A program made the position numbers and the translations under genes. The notes below the pieces were generated by a model, which had not been told where the DNA came from, did no database searches, and saw only the letters and a list, made by a program, of their open reading frames with translations. 64,000 bases of DNA from an uncultured Chthonomonadaceae bacterium (GTDB lineage Bacteria; Armatimonadota; Chthonomonadetes; Chthonomonadales; Chthonomonadaceae): the NCBI GenBank assembly GCA_963835065.1, contig CAWIEK010000033.1:1-64000 (forward strand). Direction: 5' to 3'. Shown piece after piece: positions 20,240-29,856 of the stretch (the stretch's first letter is position 1; each line of letters starts with the position of its first letter).

Positions 20240-22253
20240 TCACCCGCGGATTTTCAAGTCGGGCAGATGTTCGCGCATCAGGGAAACGGCGGCAAGCGTT
20301 TCCAGCGTGGGCACGTCGCCACAGCAGGCCATCACTACATCGGGCGCGGCGTCCTGGTCGCTGCTGGCCCACTGCCAGATGCCGATGCCCTCGGTGCAGT
20401 GCTTGACGGCGGCCTCCATAGTCAGCCATTGCGGGGCGGGTGTTTGCCCGCGATCACGACGTTGACGTAATGGCGGCTGCGCAGGCAGTGATCCACGACG
20501 GACAGCAGACAGTTGGCATCCGGCGGAAGGTACACGCGCACGACTTCGGCCTTTTTATTCATGACAACGTCGATGAAACCGGGATCCTGATGCGTGAAGC
20601 CGTTGTGATCCTGCCGCCAGACATGCGAGGCCAGCAGGTAGTTCAAGGAGGCGATCTTTCGCCGCCAGGGTATGCCTGATGTAACCTTCAGCCACTTGGC
20701 ATGCTGATTGAACATCGAATCGATAATGTGGATGAACGCCTCGTAGCAGTTGAACAGTCCATGCCGCCCCGTGAGCAGGTAGCCTTCGAGCCAGCCTTCG
20801 CATTGGTGTTCGCTGAGCATTTCCATGACGCGCCCGATGGGAGCGAGAAATTCGTCGTTGGGCACGGCAGCGGCGTCCCATTGGCGTTTGGTCACTTCAA
20901 AGAGGGCTTCCAGGCCGTTGGACAGTGTTTCGTCCGGGCCAAAGACGCGGAAATTGCGCTGTTCACCGTTCAGCTTTGCTACATCGCGCAGGAAACGCCC
21001 AAGCACATGGGTATCGCCGGGGCCGCCCACTCCCGGCGACGGGCACGTTGAGCGCGTAGTCTCGGAAATCCGGCATCCGTAGGTCACGGAGCAGCAGGCC
21101 ACCGTTGGCGTGGGGGTTCGCGCCCATGCGTTGTTGGCCTGTGGGCGCAAGTTCAGCCAGTTCCGGTTTCAGGCGGCCCTGCGCGTCAAAGAGTTCCTCC
21201 GGGCGGTAGCTGCGCAGCCAGTCTTCTAACAGCTTGAGGTGTTCGGGATTGGCAGCCGGGTCGGAAAGCGGCACCTGGTGCGAACGAAAAGTGCCTTCAA
21301 TCTGTAGGCCATCCACGATTTTCGGTCCCGTCCAACCCTTGGGGGAGTTGAGGACGATCATCGGCCAGCGCGGACGCTCCAGATTGCCGTCAACGCGGGC
21401 GTCCCGCTGAATTTGTTTAATCTGCTCTATGGCGGTGTCGAGCGTGGCGGCCATCGCCTCGTGCATCAGATCAGGTTCGTGTCCTTCGACGAAGTAGGGC
21501 GTCCAGCCGTAGCCTCGGAGCAACTGTTCCAATTCCTCATGGGTAATGCGCGCGAGGACGGTCGGATTGGAAATCTTATAGCCGTTGAGATGCAGGATCG
21601 GCAGCACCGCGCCGTCCTCAACGGGATTGAGAAACTTGTTGGAATGCCACGCCGTCGCCAGCGGCCCCGTTTCCGCTTCGCCATCGCCGACAACGCAGGC
21701 GACGATAAGATCGGGATTGTCGAACACCGCTCCGAACGAATGGCTGAGCGAGTAGCCCAATTCGCCGCCCTCATGGATCGAGCCGGGGCACTCCGGCGAG
21801 GCGTGGCTGGGAATACCGCCGGGAAACGAAAACTGTAGAAACAGCTTTTGCAGTCCGGCCTCATCCTGGCTGATGTTGGGATACACCTCGCTGTAAGTGC
21901 CTTCAAGATACGTGTTGCCCACGACAGCCGGGCCGCCGTGTCCCGGCCCGGATACGTAAATCATGTCGAGGTTGTACTTCTTGATGACCCGGTTCAGGTG
22001 CGCGTAGATGAAGTTTTGGCCCGGAGTCGTGCCCCAGTGTCCCAACAGCATGTGCTTGATATCTGCAAGCGCCAGTGGCCGCTTCAGCAGCGGATTGTCG
22101 TAAAGATAAATCTGGCCGACCGACAGATAGTTGGCCGCGCGCCAGTAAGCATCTATCTTATGGAGCAGTTCCGGCGTAAGCGTACTTGTTTTCAGGATTG
22201 GTATTTTCAGCGTCGGTGTTTTCAAGATGGGTGTTTTTGTCTGGTGTTTTCAT
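20240..22253 (-). pseudogene. xfp: phosphoketolase, several frameshifts and C-terminally truncated
   Basis: [53 protein letters not shown]; recognisable sequence stops at LPDLKIR, about 30 nt before the USP start. Confidence 0.8.
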
Positions 22254-22389
22254 GGTTCAATCAAATTTATAGGAAATACTGCCCCATAAGCGTGATTTTT
22301 CTCTATATACATAGACTTACAGCCAAGAACATTTGTTTCATTTTGTTCTTGAATTAAATACAGATAATTTTTTAGTTTTACAAAAATAG

Positions 22390-22439
22390 AAACCGAAAGC
22401 GCGCGTTCGAGAACGTTCTCGAACGCGCGCTTTCGGTTT
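22390..22439. terminator. perfect 50-bp palindrome, probable terminator of the DUF1559 gene
   Basis: aaaccgaaagcgcgcgttcgagaac|gttctcgaacgcgcgctttcggttt with no spacer; T-rich tail on the minus strand. Confidence 0.65.
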
Positions 22440-22469
22440 TACGTAGCGATGTAGTCTGCCTCTGCCGCA

Positions 22470-23300
22470 CTACTGGATAGTAGGGTTGCGCCGCCAGAAG
22501 TTGTTGATGTGCGTTTTGTAGGTCTGCTCCGGCTTGACCCATTTGGCGTGGCCGTCGGCAAAGCCTACATTGCCGCCACCCGAATGGCGCGGAATAAAGC
22601 GGGATTGCGTCGTCACGTCGAACTCCCAGGGCTGCGGATACAGGCCGCCGCGCGAAGGACTGGTATCCGACGTGCGCCCCGCATCAGCAACCACGATAAA
22701 TTGCGCGGGGAAACTGATGGTCGCAAGCGGCGTCGAATCATTGAATCCGAAATCCGCCAGTTTGTTCGGGTCCTGGTAATCGGCCTTATGGGGCGCGTTG
22801 CCGGTCGGGTCAATATTTGCCTCGTTCAAGTGGCAGCCGTAATCCGTCGGATACCAGTTGCCCGGCCCAAGCACGGGCCAGGGGTACGCGGACGGGCATT
22901 TGAAAATCTGCTGGTTCTTTACATACGGCTGAATCACCATGCGGTAGCTGTACGGAGCGCGGGCATCGGCGGTGTCGGGTACGCTGGCCGGAGCCTGCCG
23001 CTCCGTGACGGTCGCCATAAAGCCCTCGTCGTAATCCTGCAGGTACATGGCAAAGGCCGTGTCGATCTGCTTCACGTTGGACAGGCAGGCGGTTTGCCGC
23101 GCTTTTTCCCGCGCCTGCGCAAACACGGGGAACAGAATGGCGGCGAGAATCGCGATAATGGCGATGACCACGAGCAACTCGATCAGGGTGAAAGCCCGAT
23201 TGGGTGTTGGATGTTGGGTGTTGGGTGTTGAGGGTGAAGATGTGTTACTGTTCCCTGTTCCCTGTTCCCTGTTCCCTGTGTTCGGTACGGAATGAGTCAT
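22470..23300 (-). CDS. prepilin-type N-terminal cleavage / DUF1559 / H-X9-DG protein
   Basis: [34 protein letters not shown] and C-terminal [24 protein letters not shown]. Confidence 0.92.
   Translation of the reverse strand: MTHSVPNTGNREQGTGNSNTSSPSTPNTQHPTPNRAFTLIELLVVIAIIAILAAILFPVFAQAREKARQTACLSNVKQIDTAFAMYLQDYDEGFMATVTERQAPASVPDTADARAPYSYRMVIQPYVKNQQIFKCPSAYPWPVLGPGNWYPTDYGCHLNEANIDPTGNAPHKADYQDPNKLADFGFNDSTPLATISFPAQFIVVADAGRTSDTSPSRGGLYPQPWEFDVTTQSRFIPRHSGGGNVGFADGHAKWVKPEQTYKTHINNFWRRNPTIQ
23200..23278. repeat. composite microrepeat (TTGGGTG)x4 ... (CTGTTCC)x4 in the prepilin leader
   Basis: Encodes [10 protein letters not shown]...[10 protein letters not shown] ahead of the cleavage site. 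Confidence 0.9.
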
Positions 23301-23351
23301 GGTGTTCTCCTTTGGGTGAATTCCTTTATGTCGAATGTGGATAATACTGAC

Positions 23352-23376
23352 TTAGATGATTGATTTAGTCGAGTAT
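23352..23376. promoter_or_regulatory. putative Rrf2/IscR-type operator upstream of the DUF1559 gene
   Basis: TTAGATGATTGATTTAGTCGAGTAT; 18/25 identical to the site at 26831-26855; overlaps a GATAAT -10-like box on the minus strand. Confidence 0.65.
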
Positions 23377-23447
23377 TATCGGGTAAAAATGCGCTCCTTT
23401 ATAATGGCGAAATGGCCTTCTATCGGAGCGTACATCTTTTGCATGGT

Positions 23448-23468
23448 CCGGGGATTGAAAATCCCCGG
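23448..23468. repeat. dispersed palindrome CCGGGGATTGAAAATCCCCGG
   Basis: Identical copy at 39122-39142. Confidence 0.7.
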
Positions 23469-23486
23469 CTCATAGCGATAGGCTGT

Positions 23487-24242
23487 TTACGTCAGCCCCC
23501 AGCGTTCGCGGACGCGGTTTTCTAACTCTATGAAAATGGTGCGGTCTACCAGCAAGCCTAGCGCGACAATGACCAGCATGATAGCGATTACGCGGCTCAT
23601 GTCCGCCAAGTCGCGCCCCGCCTGCAATTGCTGTCCCAATCCCAGGCCGACAACGAGCAGTTCGCCTGACATCAGCGCGCGCCACGCAAACGACCAGCCC
23701 AGTTTCGCGCCGGTCATAATGGCGGGCAGGCTTGCCGGGAGCAGCACGGTTGCGTAGAGCGCGAGGGGCTTTGTGCCCATTGTCCGCGCCGCCCGCTCGT
23801 ACATCGGCGGCACGTTTTTGACGCCATCCTGCACCGCAACCGTGACCGCCAGCAACGCGCCCGTGACGACAACAAACAAAATCGCGCGGTCATTCAATCC
23901 GAACCAGAGCAGGGCAAGCGGAAGCCAGCAAATCGAAGGCAGGGTTTGCAGTCCCAAAACCAGCGCGCCAACCGTATCCTGCGCCCATTTCGCCCGCGCC
24001 AGCACAATGCCGAGCGGTACGCCCACGACTAGAGAGATAAAATACCCCAGCAACACGCGCTGCAAGCTGACGTGAATGGCGATCAGCAGCGAGCCGTCGC
24101 GCCCCATCTGCCACAGGGTTTGTCCCACCTGCCAGGGCGAGGGAAACAGCGTCGCGTCCCATATATGCAGTTTAGATATTGTCGCCCAACACGCCGTCAA
24201 CAGGACGAAGAACGCCGCTCTGCGCAGGATGCCAATCTTCAT
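23487..24242 (-). CDS. ABC transporter permease (SsuC/TauC-like)
   Basis: LQTLPSICWLPLALLWFG, ERAARTMG (EAA loop), WRALMSGEL. Confidence 0.9.
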   Translation of the reverse strand: MKIGILRRAAFFVLLTACWATISKLHIWDATLFPSPWQVGQTLWQMGRDGSLLIAIHVSLQRVLLGYFISLVVGVPLGIVLARAKWAQDTVGALVLGLQTLPSICWLPLALLWFGLNDRAILFVVVTGALLAVTVAVQDGVKNVPPMYERAARTMGTKPLALYATVLLPASLPAIMTGAKLGWSFAWRALMSGELLVVGLGLGQQLQAGRDLADMSRVIAIMLVIVALGLLVDRTIFIELENRVRERWGLT

Positions 24243-25014
24243 CGTACTCCTCTTGCCGTACCTTTGCCATGCCTTCTTTTAACGCATTGGAGATGGTACG
24301 CGACACGCGCACCACATCCACGTCGTCAATAAAGCGGGGCCGGGCGATCTGAATGTTGAATATCTGCTGGATGCGTCCGGGACGCGAAGACATCAGGGCA
24401 ACGCGATCCGCCAGGCACACGGCTTCGCGCACGTTATGGGTAACGAACACGATGGTTTTGCGCGTTCGCTCCCAGATCTCCTGCAGCACAATGTACAGGT
24501 CTTCCCGCGTCTGCGCGTCCAGCGCGGAAAACGGCTCATCCATCAGCAGCACTTCCGGGTCGAAGGCCAGGGCGCGGGCAATCGCCACGCGCTGCCGCAT
24601 CCCGCCCGACAATTCGTGCAGATAGCTGTCCGCAAAGCGCGACAGGTGAACCAGGCGCAGGAAATGCGCCGCCCGTTCTGCCCGTTCGCGGGGAGCCAAT
24701 CCCATCTGCTTCAGCCCGAACTCGACGTTCTTCTGCGCCGTCAGCCAGGGAAACAGCCCATGCTCCTGAAAGACGACGCCCCGATCCCGCCCCGGTCCGG
24801 TCACGCGCAGGCCGCTTTCCAGCACGTCACCGCTGTCGGCAGGGTCCAGCCCGGCCACGATGTTGAGCAGCGTGGACTTGCCGCACCCGGACGGCCCGAT
24901 CAGCACGAGAAACTCGCCTTCTTCGACCTCCAGATTGATGTCATCCAGCGCCAGAACCTCGTTGCCGCGCCCCGCAAACCGCTTGCGCACATGTTGTATA
25001 GACAGCTTCGCCAT
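24172..25014 (-). CDS. ABC transporter ATP-binding protein (SsuB/TauB-like)
   Basis: GPSGCGKST, LSGGMRQR, LLMDEPFSALD, VTHN. Confidence 0.93.
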   Translation of the reverse strand: MAKLSIQHVRKRFAGRGNEVLALDDINLEVEEGEFLVLIGPSGCGKSTLLNIVAGLDPADSGDVLESGLRVTGPGRDRGVVFQEHGLFPWLTAQKNVEFGLKQMGLAPRERAERAAHFLRLVHLSRFADSYLHELSGGMRQRVAIARALAFDPEVLLMDEPFSALDAQTREDLYIVLQEIWERTRKTIVFVTHNVREAVCLADRVALMSSRPGRIQQIFNIQIARPRFIDDVDVVRVSRTISNALKEGMAKVRQEEYDEDWHPAQSGVLRPVDGVLGDNI

Positions 25015-25027
25015 AGAATTTTAATTC

Positions 25028-25231
25028 ACCACCCGCTTCGCTAGAGACACAGAGACACAGAGGAAAAGCCGATGCGAGAAAAACAAAAGAGAACAAGGAG
25101 AGGAAACAGAACCGCAAAGAGGCAAAGGAAGCAAAGAGGTTTATTCTCTTCTTTTCTCCTCTTCTTCCTTTCTTCTTTTCTTCCTCTGTGTTCCCCCTCT
25201 GTGCCTCTGTGTCTCTAGCGAAGCGGGTGGT
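25028..25231. mobile_element. 204-bp MITE-like element with 36-bp terminal inverted repeats containing 9-mer repeats
   Basis: accacccgcttcgctagagacacagagacacagagg and its reverse complement (1 mismatch); purine-rich left half, pyrimidine-rich right half; abuts the TAA of the upstream gene. Confidence 0.7.
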
Positions 25232-26334
25232 TATTTTCTCTTTGTCTCGTTCGTTGGCAGGGCCGCGATTTGCAGCAGGCGCGTGTCGAGCAGTTGGGCG
25301 ACATCTATGGTGCGCGGCAGGTAGCCGGCTTCAAATTGCGCCTGCATGAACGCGGCGATGCTCGTCGGGTTGGGATCGGCGGTGAAGTCGCACCGATGCC
25401 AGGCTTCGCGCAGGACGGCGGGTGACAAAGCTCTGCCGGTCAGCCGTTTTAATTCTTTGTTGGTGTCGGCCTGCGCTTCGTCGGGATGCGTTTGCATCCA
25501 GGAAAGCGTTTGCAGGTGCGCGGTCAGGAGTTTCTGCACTTCCTGCGGGTGCTGTTCCAAATAGGCGCGGCGGGCGACGACTACGGTTGTCGTTACTTTG
25601 TGGTCGGGCCACAGGTCGCGCTCATCGAGTACCAGCATGGCGTGGGCGTCGGCAATCAGGCGGGCCGCCCAGGGTTCGGGAACCCAGGCCGCGTCCAGTT
25701 CGCCGCGCAGAAACAGGGTCAGCATGTCGGCGTTTTTCACGGGCAGGATTTGTACCGTGCCGCCCTTTTCGGTTCCGCGCAAGCCTTGCAGCGCGAGAAA
25801 ATGCCGCAGGGAAATGTCCTGTGTGCCGCCGATTTGCGGCACGGCCACGCGCTTGCCTTCCAAATCCCGCACACTGGTAACGTTGGTTCCCTCGCGGGCA
25901 ATCAGCGCCGCGCCCCCACTGCAAGCGCCGGCAATAATCTTCAGCGCGCGGCCATTGGACTTCAAAAACGTATTGACGGCAGGGCCGGGGCCGACATAAC
26001 TCACATCAATCTCACCCGCAAGCAGGGCTTCCATCGCTTCCGGCCCGGCATTGAACACTTTGGCGTCTAAGGCGATTTGACTGCCCAACGCCTGCTGAAA
26101 AGTGCCGCGTCCCACGCCCAGCACGGCGGGCGCATGGGTGACATTGGCAAAATAGCCCAGCCGTACCCGCTCCGCGCCGGACAGCGGCACATCAGGCGGG
26201 CGTCCCACCACAAACGCCAGCAAAAACAGCGTCACGATGCCGAACAGGGGTACGGCATTTTGCCGCGTTGTCTGTATCCACTGGCTTGTTTGTGATTGTG
26301 GCTTTTGCCAATCGGTCATTAAGGAAATCCTCAA
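25231..26334 (-). CDS. ABC transporter substrate-binding protein (aliphatic sulfonate, SsuA-like)
   Basis: RLGYFANVTHAPA, FNAGP, YVGPGP, GGTQD, WVPEPW. Confidence 0.88.
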   Translation of the reverse strand: MRISLMTDWQKPQSQTSQWIQTTRQNAVPLFGIVTLFLLAFVVGRPPDVPLSGAERVRLGYFANVTHAPAVLGVGRGTFQQALGSQIALDAKVFNAGPEAMEALLAGEIDVSYVGPGPAVNTFLKSNGRALKIIAGACSGGAALIAREGTNVTSVRDLEGKRVAVPQIGGTQDISLRHFLALQGLRGTEKGGTVQILPVKNADMLTLFLRGELDAAWVPEPWAARLIADAHAMLVLDERDLWPDHKVTTTVVVARRAYLEQHPQEVQKLLTAHLQTLSWMQTHPDEAQADTNKELKRLTGRALSPAVLREAWHRCDFTADPNPTSIAAFMQAQFEAGYLPRTIDVAQLLDTRLLQIAALPTNETKRK

Positions 26335-26789
26335 ATCACATAATCAAAAAGTTCGTTTTGCTGCGCCTGCAAGGTTCCGTGCCGTTCGGCAAGCTGCGCG
26401 AACGTGGTGGTATCCAGCACTTTTGCCAGCGCGTCGCGGGCTTCCTTCCACGCGGTGCGCAGGCTGCACGTCAAAGGTTCGGGACAGCCGCACTCGTTGT
26501 AATCGGATGTGCTGACGCAGCTCATGGGCGCGAGCGGCCCGTCGGTTGCCCGCACAACCGCGCCGAGCGTGATGGCAGCGGGCGGCATGGCAAGCAGATA
26601 CCCGCCGCCCGGCCCTTTGCGGCTTTTCACAAACCCGAACCGTTTCAGCGTCAGCAGTATCTGCTCCAGAAACTTCACGGGGATGTTCTGCCGCGCCGCG
26701 ATCTCATGGATCAGCACGGGGCCTTGTCCGCTGTGAAGCGTCAGGTCAATCAAGGCGCGGGTCGCGTATTTTCCTCGGCAAGATAGCAT
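26331..26789 (-). CDS. Rrf2-family transcriptional regulator
   Basis: KYATRAL, IPVKFLEQIL, SRKGPGGGY, Cys cluster CVS...ECGC...C. Confidence 0.93.
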   Translation of the reverse strand: MLSCRGKYATRALIDLTLHSGQGPVLIHEIAARQNIPVKFLEQILLTLKRFGFVKSRKGPGGGYLLAMPPAAITLGAVVRATDGPLAPMSCVSTSDYNECGCPEPLTCSLRTAWKEARDALAKVLDTTTFAQLAERHGTLQAQQNELFDYVI

Positions 26790-26830
26790 CAGGGTTAGGC
26801 TTCATACGAACAGGAGGGAACAATCATTAC

Positions 26831-26882
26831 ATAGTCTATCGAATTAGTAGAGTATTCTAGCATATCGCCGCGTAATTGTCAA
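26831..26882 (-). promoter_or_regulatory. sigma70 promoter with overlapping Rrf2-type operator
   Basis: Minus strand TTGACA (26877-82), 17-nt spacer, TAGAAT (26854-59); imperfect palindrome ATAGTCTATCGAATTAGTAGAGTAT at 26831-26855. Confidence 0.8.
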
Positions 26883-26884
26883 TA

Positions 26885-26943
26885 GAAGAATGAAAGAAGG
26901 ATGAACGAGCATTTGTTTCATCCTTCACCCTTCATCCTTCATT
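26885..26943. repeat. inverted microrepeat pair (GGATGAA)/(TTCATCC) containing the ThuA-like gene stop codon
   Basis: gaaggatgaa ... ttcatccttcacccttcatccttca. Confidence 0.7.
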
Positions 26944-27710
26944 CTTCTCTTCTCGCGCACCACAGGGCCGCGTTGTAAAGCACCGTTTGCACGTTGGCGT
27001 CGAAGTATGTGGGGTACGTTTCATGGCCGGGGCGGAAGTAGAACACGCGCCCCGCTCCCTCGCCTTCTCCGATCCCCTTGCCCGGTCCCGACGTAAAGCC
27101 CTGTGTTTTGCCGCGCCCGACTGTCCAGCAGATGCCGCTTGGAAAGTATTCGCCGCCGAGGGGAAAATAGGATTGCAGCACGAGACATTGCGGCGGCGGC
27201 ACGTCGAACGGAGCGCCGTACATCTCTTCTTCCGCCAGCACAAAATCGGACACGCCCTGCGCAATGGGGTGGTGAGGGGCGCATACGGTGATTTCTTCGG
27301 TATCGGCGGGCGTTTGCTCACGCCAGCCGCCTTTGAGATGGCCGGGACAGGCGAGAACGGCCTGCAAGGTTTTGGAATAGTGCGCGGAGTGCAGGGCTAC
27401 AAAGCCCATGCCCCGCTCGTGAACGTGTCCGTACACGCGCATCATCGTGTCGTCGCTGACTTCCCGATGCCGGGCATGCGCCCACCAGAACAGCACGTCG
27501 GTCTGGTGTAAAATGTCGTCGCCGCAGCCCTGCTCCAGGTCGTCCAAATTGGCGGTTGTCGCCTTGATTTTGCCGTTCCCTTTGGCGTTCAAGCCAGCGG
27601 CAATCGCGCCGTTGATGCTGTCCGGGTACAGCGATTTCGGCGCATGGGTGGGCGCTTCATCCCACACCAGTACACGCACAGGGGCTGGCGCTCGTCGTAT
27701 TCTCTGCCAT
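26939..27710 (-). CDS. ThuA-like domain protein (probable extra base near 27682)
   Basis: RVLVWDE, WWAH, GMGFVALHSAH, EEMYG, FYFRPGHETYP; AGGAG RBS before the ATG at 27710. Confidence 0.85.
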
Positions 27711-27813
27711 TCGATTTATATTCTCCTTTGCGTTCAAATGCGCTTTTCCTCAATCTCGCTGCAAGATTGCGCGTCCGCGAGTCAAAACCCTGCTTTGTTT
27801 TTGATTATTCAGG

Positions 27814-27856
27814 CCCTCACCCCCGCCCCTCTCCCAAAAAGCATGGGAGAGGGGCG
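27814..27856. repeat. CCCTCACCCC...CCTCTCCC/GGGAGAGGGG palindromic repeat
   Basis: 13-bp stem cgcccctctccca/tgggagaggggcg preceded by ccctcacccc, a common dispersed bacterial repeat type. Confidence 0.6.
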
Positions 27857-28011
27857 CAGTGTTTTTGCAGGCGCAGCCCTGCCGCGCTGTAAAATTTCCC
27901 GGTTGTGGTAGCCGGAACTTGGATTGCGCGTCTTGTTTGCAGTGAAGCTGAGTTCATTGTGACGTTGAGTTCCCCGTGAAGCTGAAGAGCGCGTAAAAGA
28001 GAGGAGGTTCT

Positions 28012-28971
28012 ATGGACGGACTGTTTCATAATCCTGTGGCCGAGATGTATGGGCCGACGTTTCTCATGGTGTACGGTATGGTGATTGTCGCCACGCTGAT
28101 TTTGTGTTACCATGCCGCTCGGCGCGGAACGTCCGCAGGGAGTGGACCGCCGGAAGTGCCTTCGCGTCCTGACCCGTATGAGATCGCGTATTTGCGCGGG
28201 GGTGAGAACGAGGTGATACGGCTGGCGATATTCCGCCTGATGCAGTCCGGCTATTTGCAGGCCGAAGGCGACAAGGTGAAAAAACTGCGCAGCACGGGTC
28301 TGGCCTACCCCGCCGGTAGCCTGTCTTCCCGCGAATCTCAGATCGAAACGGAAACCCTGTCGTACTTTGCCATGCCGCGCGGCGTGGGCGAAGTGTTCAC
28401 CTCCTCCCTGCTCGGGCATGTCCGGCGGTTGTGTTCCGATTATGAGGAGCGGCTGCGCTGGCAAGGGCTGCTCAACGGGGATGAGGCTGCCGAACATGCC
28501 CGCCACGCTTTTCAAGTGGGCGCAGTGGTGATTTACGGCCTGGGCGGGTACAAGCTGATGGCGGCGGTCAACAACGGTTATTACAACATCGGCTTTCTGA
28601 TTGTCATGGGACTGTTCGCGCTTCCCTGCCTGGCAGGGGTGTGCCGCCTGCCCCGCCTGAGCGAGTTGGGGAAGCAGTACGTGCAGCGACTGCAAGCCGC
28701 GTTCGGCGGGCTGAGGTCGCGCCTGCCGAATGAGGAGACGGGCGATGATTCGGTTCCGCTCGTCCTCGCCGTCTTCGGCGTGGGAGCATTGGCGGCTACC
28801 GCTTACACCGATTTTCACCTGATGTTTCAGCGCGCCGCCAATGCCGGAACGAGCGGCGGGGGCTGCGGGGGCATGAGCAGTTGTGGCAGTGGCGGAGGCT
28901 GCGGCGGGGGCGGGGGTTGTGGGGGCGGGGGTGGTTGTGGCGGTGGGTGCGGCGGTTGCGGAGGAGGGTAA
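28012..28971 (+). CDS. TIGR04222-domain membrane protein with Gly/Cys-rich C-terminal tail (putative MNIO substrate)
   Basis: MYGPTFLMVY, PDPYEIAYLRGG, three hydrophobic segments, tail GGGCGGMSSCGSGGGCGGGGGCGGGGGCGGGCGGCGGG; GAGGAGG RBS. Confidence 0.88.
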   Translation: MDGLFHNPVAEMYGPTFLMVYGMVIVATLILCYHAARRGTSAGSGPPEVPSRPDPYEIAYLRGGENEVIRLAIFRLMQSGYLQAEGDKVKKLRSTGLAYPAGSLSSRESQIETETLSYFAMPRGVGEVFTSSLLGHVRRLCSDYEERLRWQGLLNGDEAAEHARHAFQVGAVVIYGLGGYKLMAAVNNGYYNIGFLIVMGLFALPCLAGVCRLPRLSELGKQYVQRLQAAFGGLRSRLPNEETGDDSVPLVLAVFGVGALAATAYTDFHLMFQRAANAGTSGGGCGGMSSCGSGGGCGGGGGCGGGGGCGGGCGGCGGG

Positions 28972-28977
28972 TACATC

Positions 28978-29856
28978 ATGGCGCAAACAACATCCGGGAT
29001 CGCATCGAATTCTTTTTCATCTTTTTCAATGGAAGCGTTGCCGGTTTTGGGCATCGGGCTGGGGATGCGCGAGCCGTTTCTGAGCGACCTGTTTTTGCAC
29101 CGGCAGGACGTAGACTTTTTGGAAATCGTTGCCGACCACTATTTCGATCCCACACCGCGCAAAGCGGAGGAATTGGAACTGCTGCGGGCGCATTTCCCGC
29201 TTGTGCCGCACGGCCTGGATTTGTCGCTCGGCAGCGCGGAAGGCTTGGATATGGCGTATTTGGAGCGGATGGCAAAATTGGTGAACCATCTTAACCCGCC
29301 CTGGTGGAGCGAGCATATCGCGTTTACCAGAGCCGGAAGCGTGGACATCGGGCATTTGTGCGGCCTGCCGTTCACCCGTGACGCGCTGGATACCTTGTGC
29401 GGCAACATCCGCCGCGTACAGGAACGGATTGCCGCGCCGTTGATTTTGGAAAACATCACGTACACGCTGCAATGGCCGGGCGCGGAAATGACCGAAGCGC
29501 AGTTTCTAACCGAACTGGTCACGCGCGCGGATTGCGGACTGCTGCTGGACATTACGAACCTGTACACGAACTCGGTAAATTGGGGTTACGACCCGTGCCG
29601 GTTTCTGGACGAATTGCCGCTTGAAAAAGTGGTACAGTTCCATTTCGTCGGGGGCGAGTGGCAGGGCGATCAGTTGATTGACAGCCATTCGCAGTCCACG
29701 CCGCCGGAAGTATGGCAGCTTATGGAAGAAGCCTGCCGTCGTACTCAGGTAAAAGGCATTTTGCTGGAGCGGGACGAAAATCTGCCGCCGTTCAAAGAAA
29801 TCACCGAAGAACTGGCGAAGGCGCGGGAGATAATGCGGTTGAGGGTTGAGGGTTGA
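28978..29856 (+). CDS. DUF692 multinuclear non-heme iron oxidative enzyme (MNIO)
   Basis: GIGLGMR, FLEIVADH, HGLDLSLG, WSEH, LENI, LLLDITN, FHFVGG, IDSH, LLERD. Confidence 0.92.
   Translation: MAQTTSGIASNSFSSFSMEALPVLGIGLGMREPFLSDLFLHRQDVDFLEIVADHYFDPTPRKAEELELLRAHFPLVPHGLDLSLGSAEGLDMAYLERMAKLVNHLNPPWWSEHIAFTRAGSVDIGHLCGLPFTRDALDTLCGNIRRVQERIAAPLILENITYTLQWPGAEMTEAQFLTELVTRADCGLLLDITNLYTNSVNWGYDPCRFLDELPLEKVVQFHFVGGEWQGDQLIDSHSQSTPPEVWQLMEEACRRTQVKGILLERDENLPPFKEITEELAKAREIMRLRVEG

Noticed and set aside
27817..28986. 389-aa minus-strand ORF with Ala/Thr/Pro-rich start, and similar long antisense ORFs across the window
   Set aside because: Shadow frames of GC-rich genes; the opposite strands carry recognisable family motifs and RBSs.
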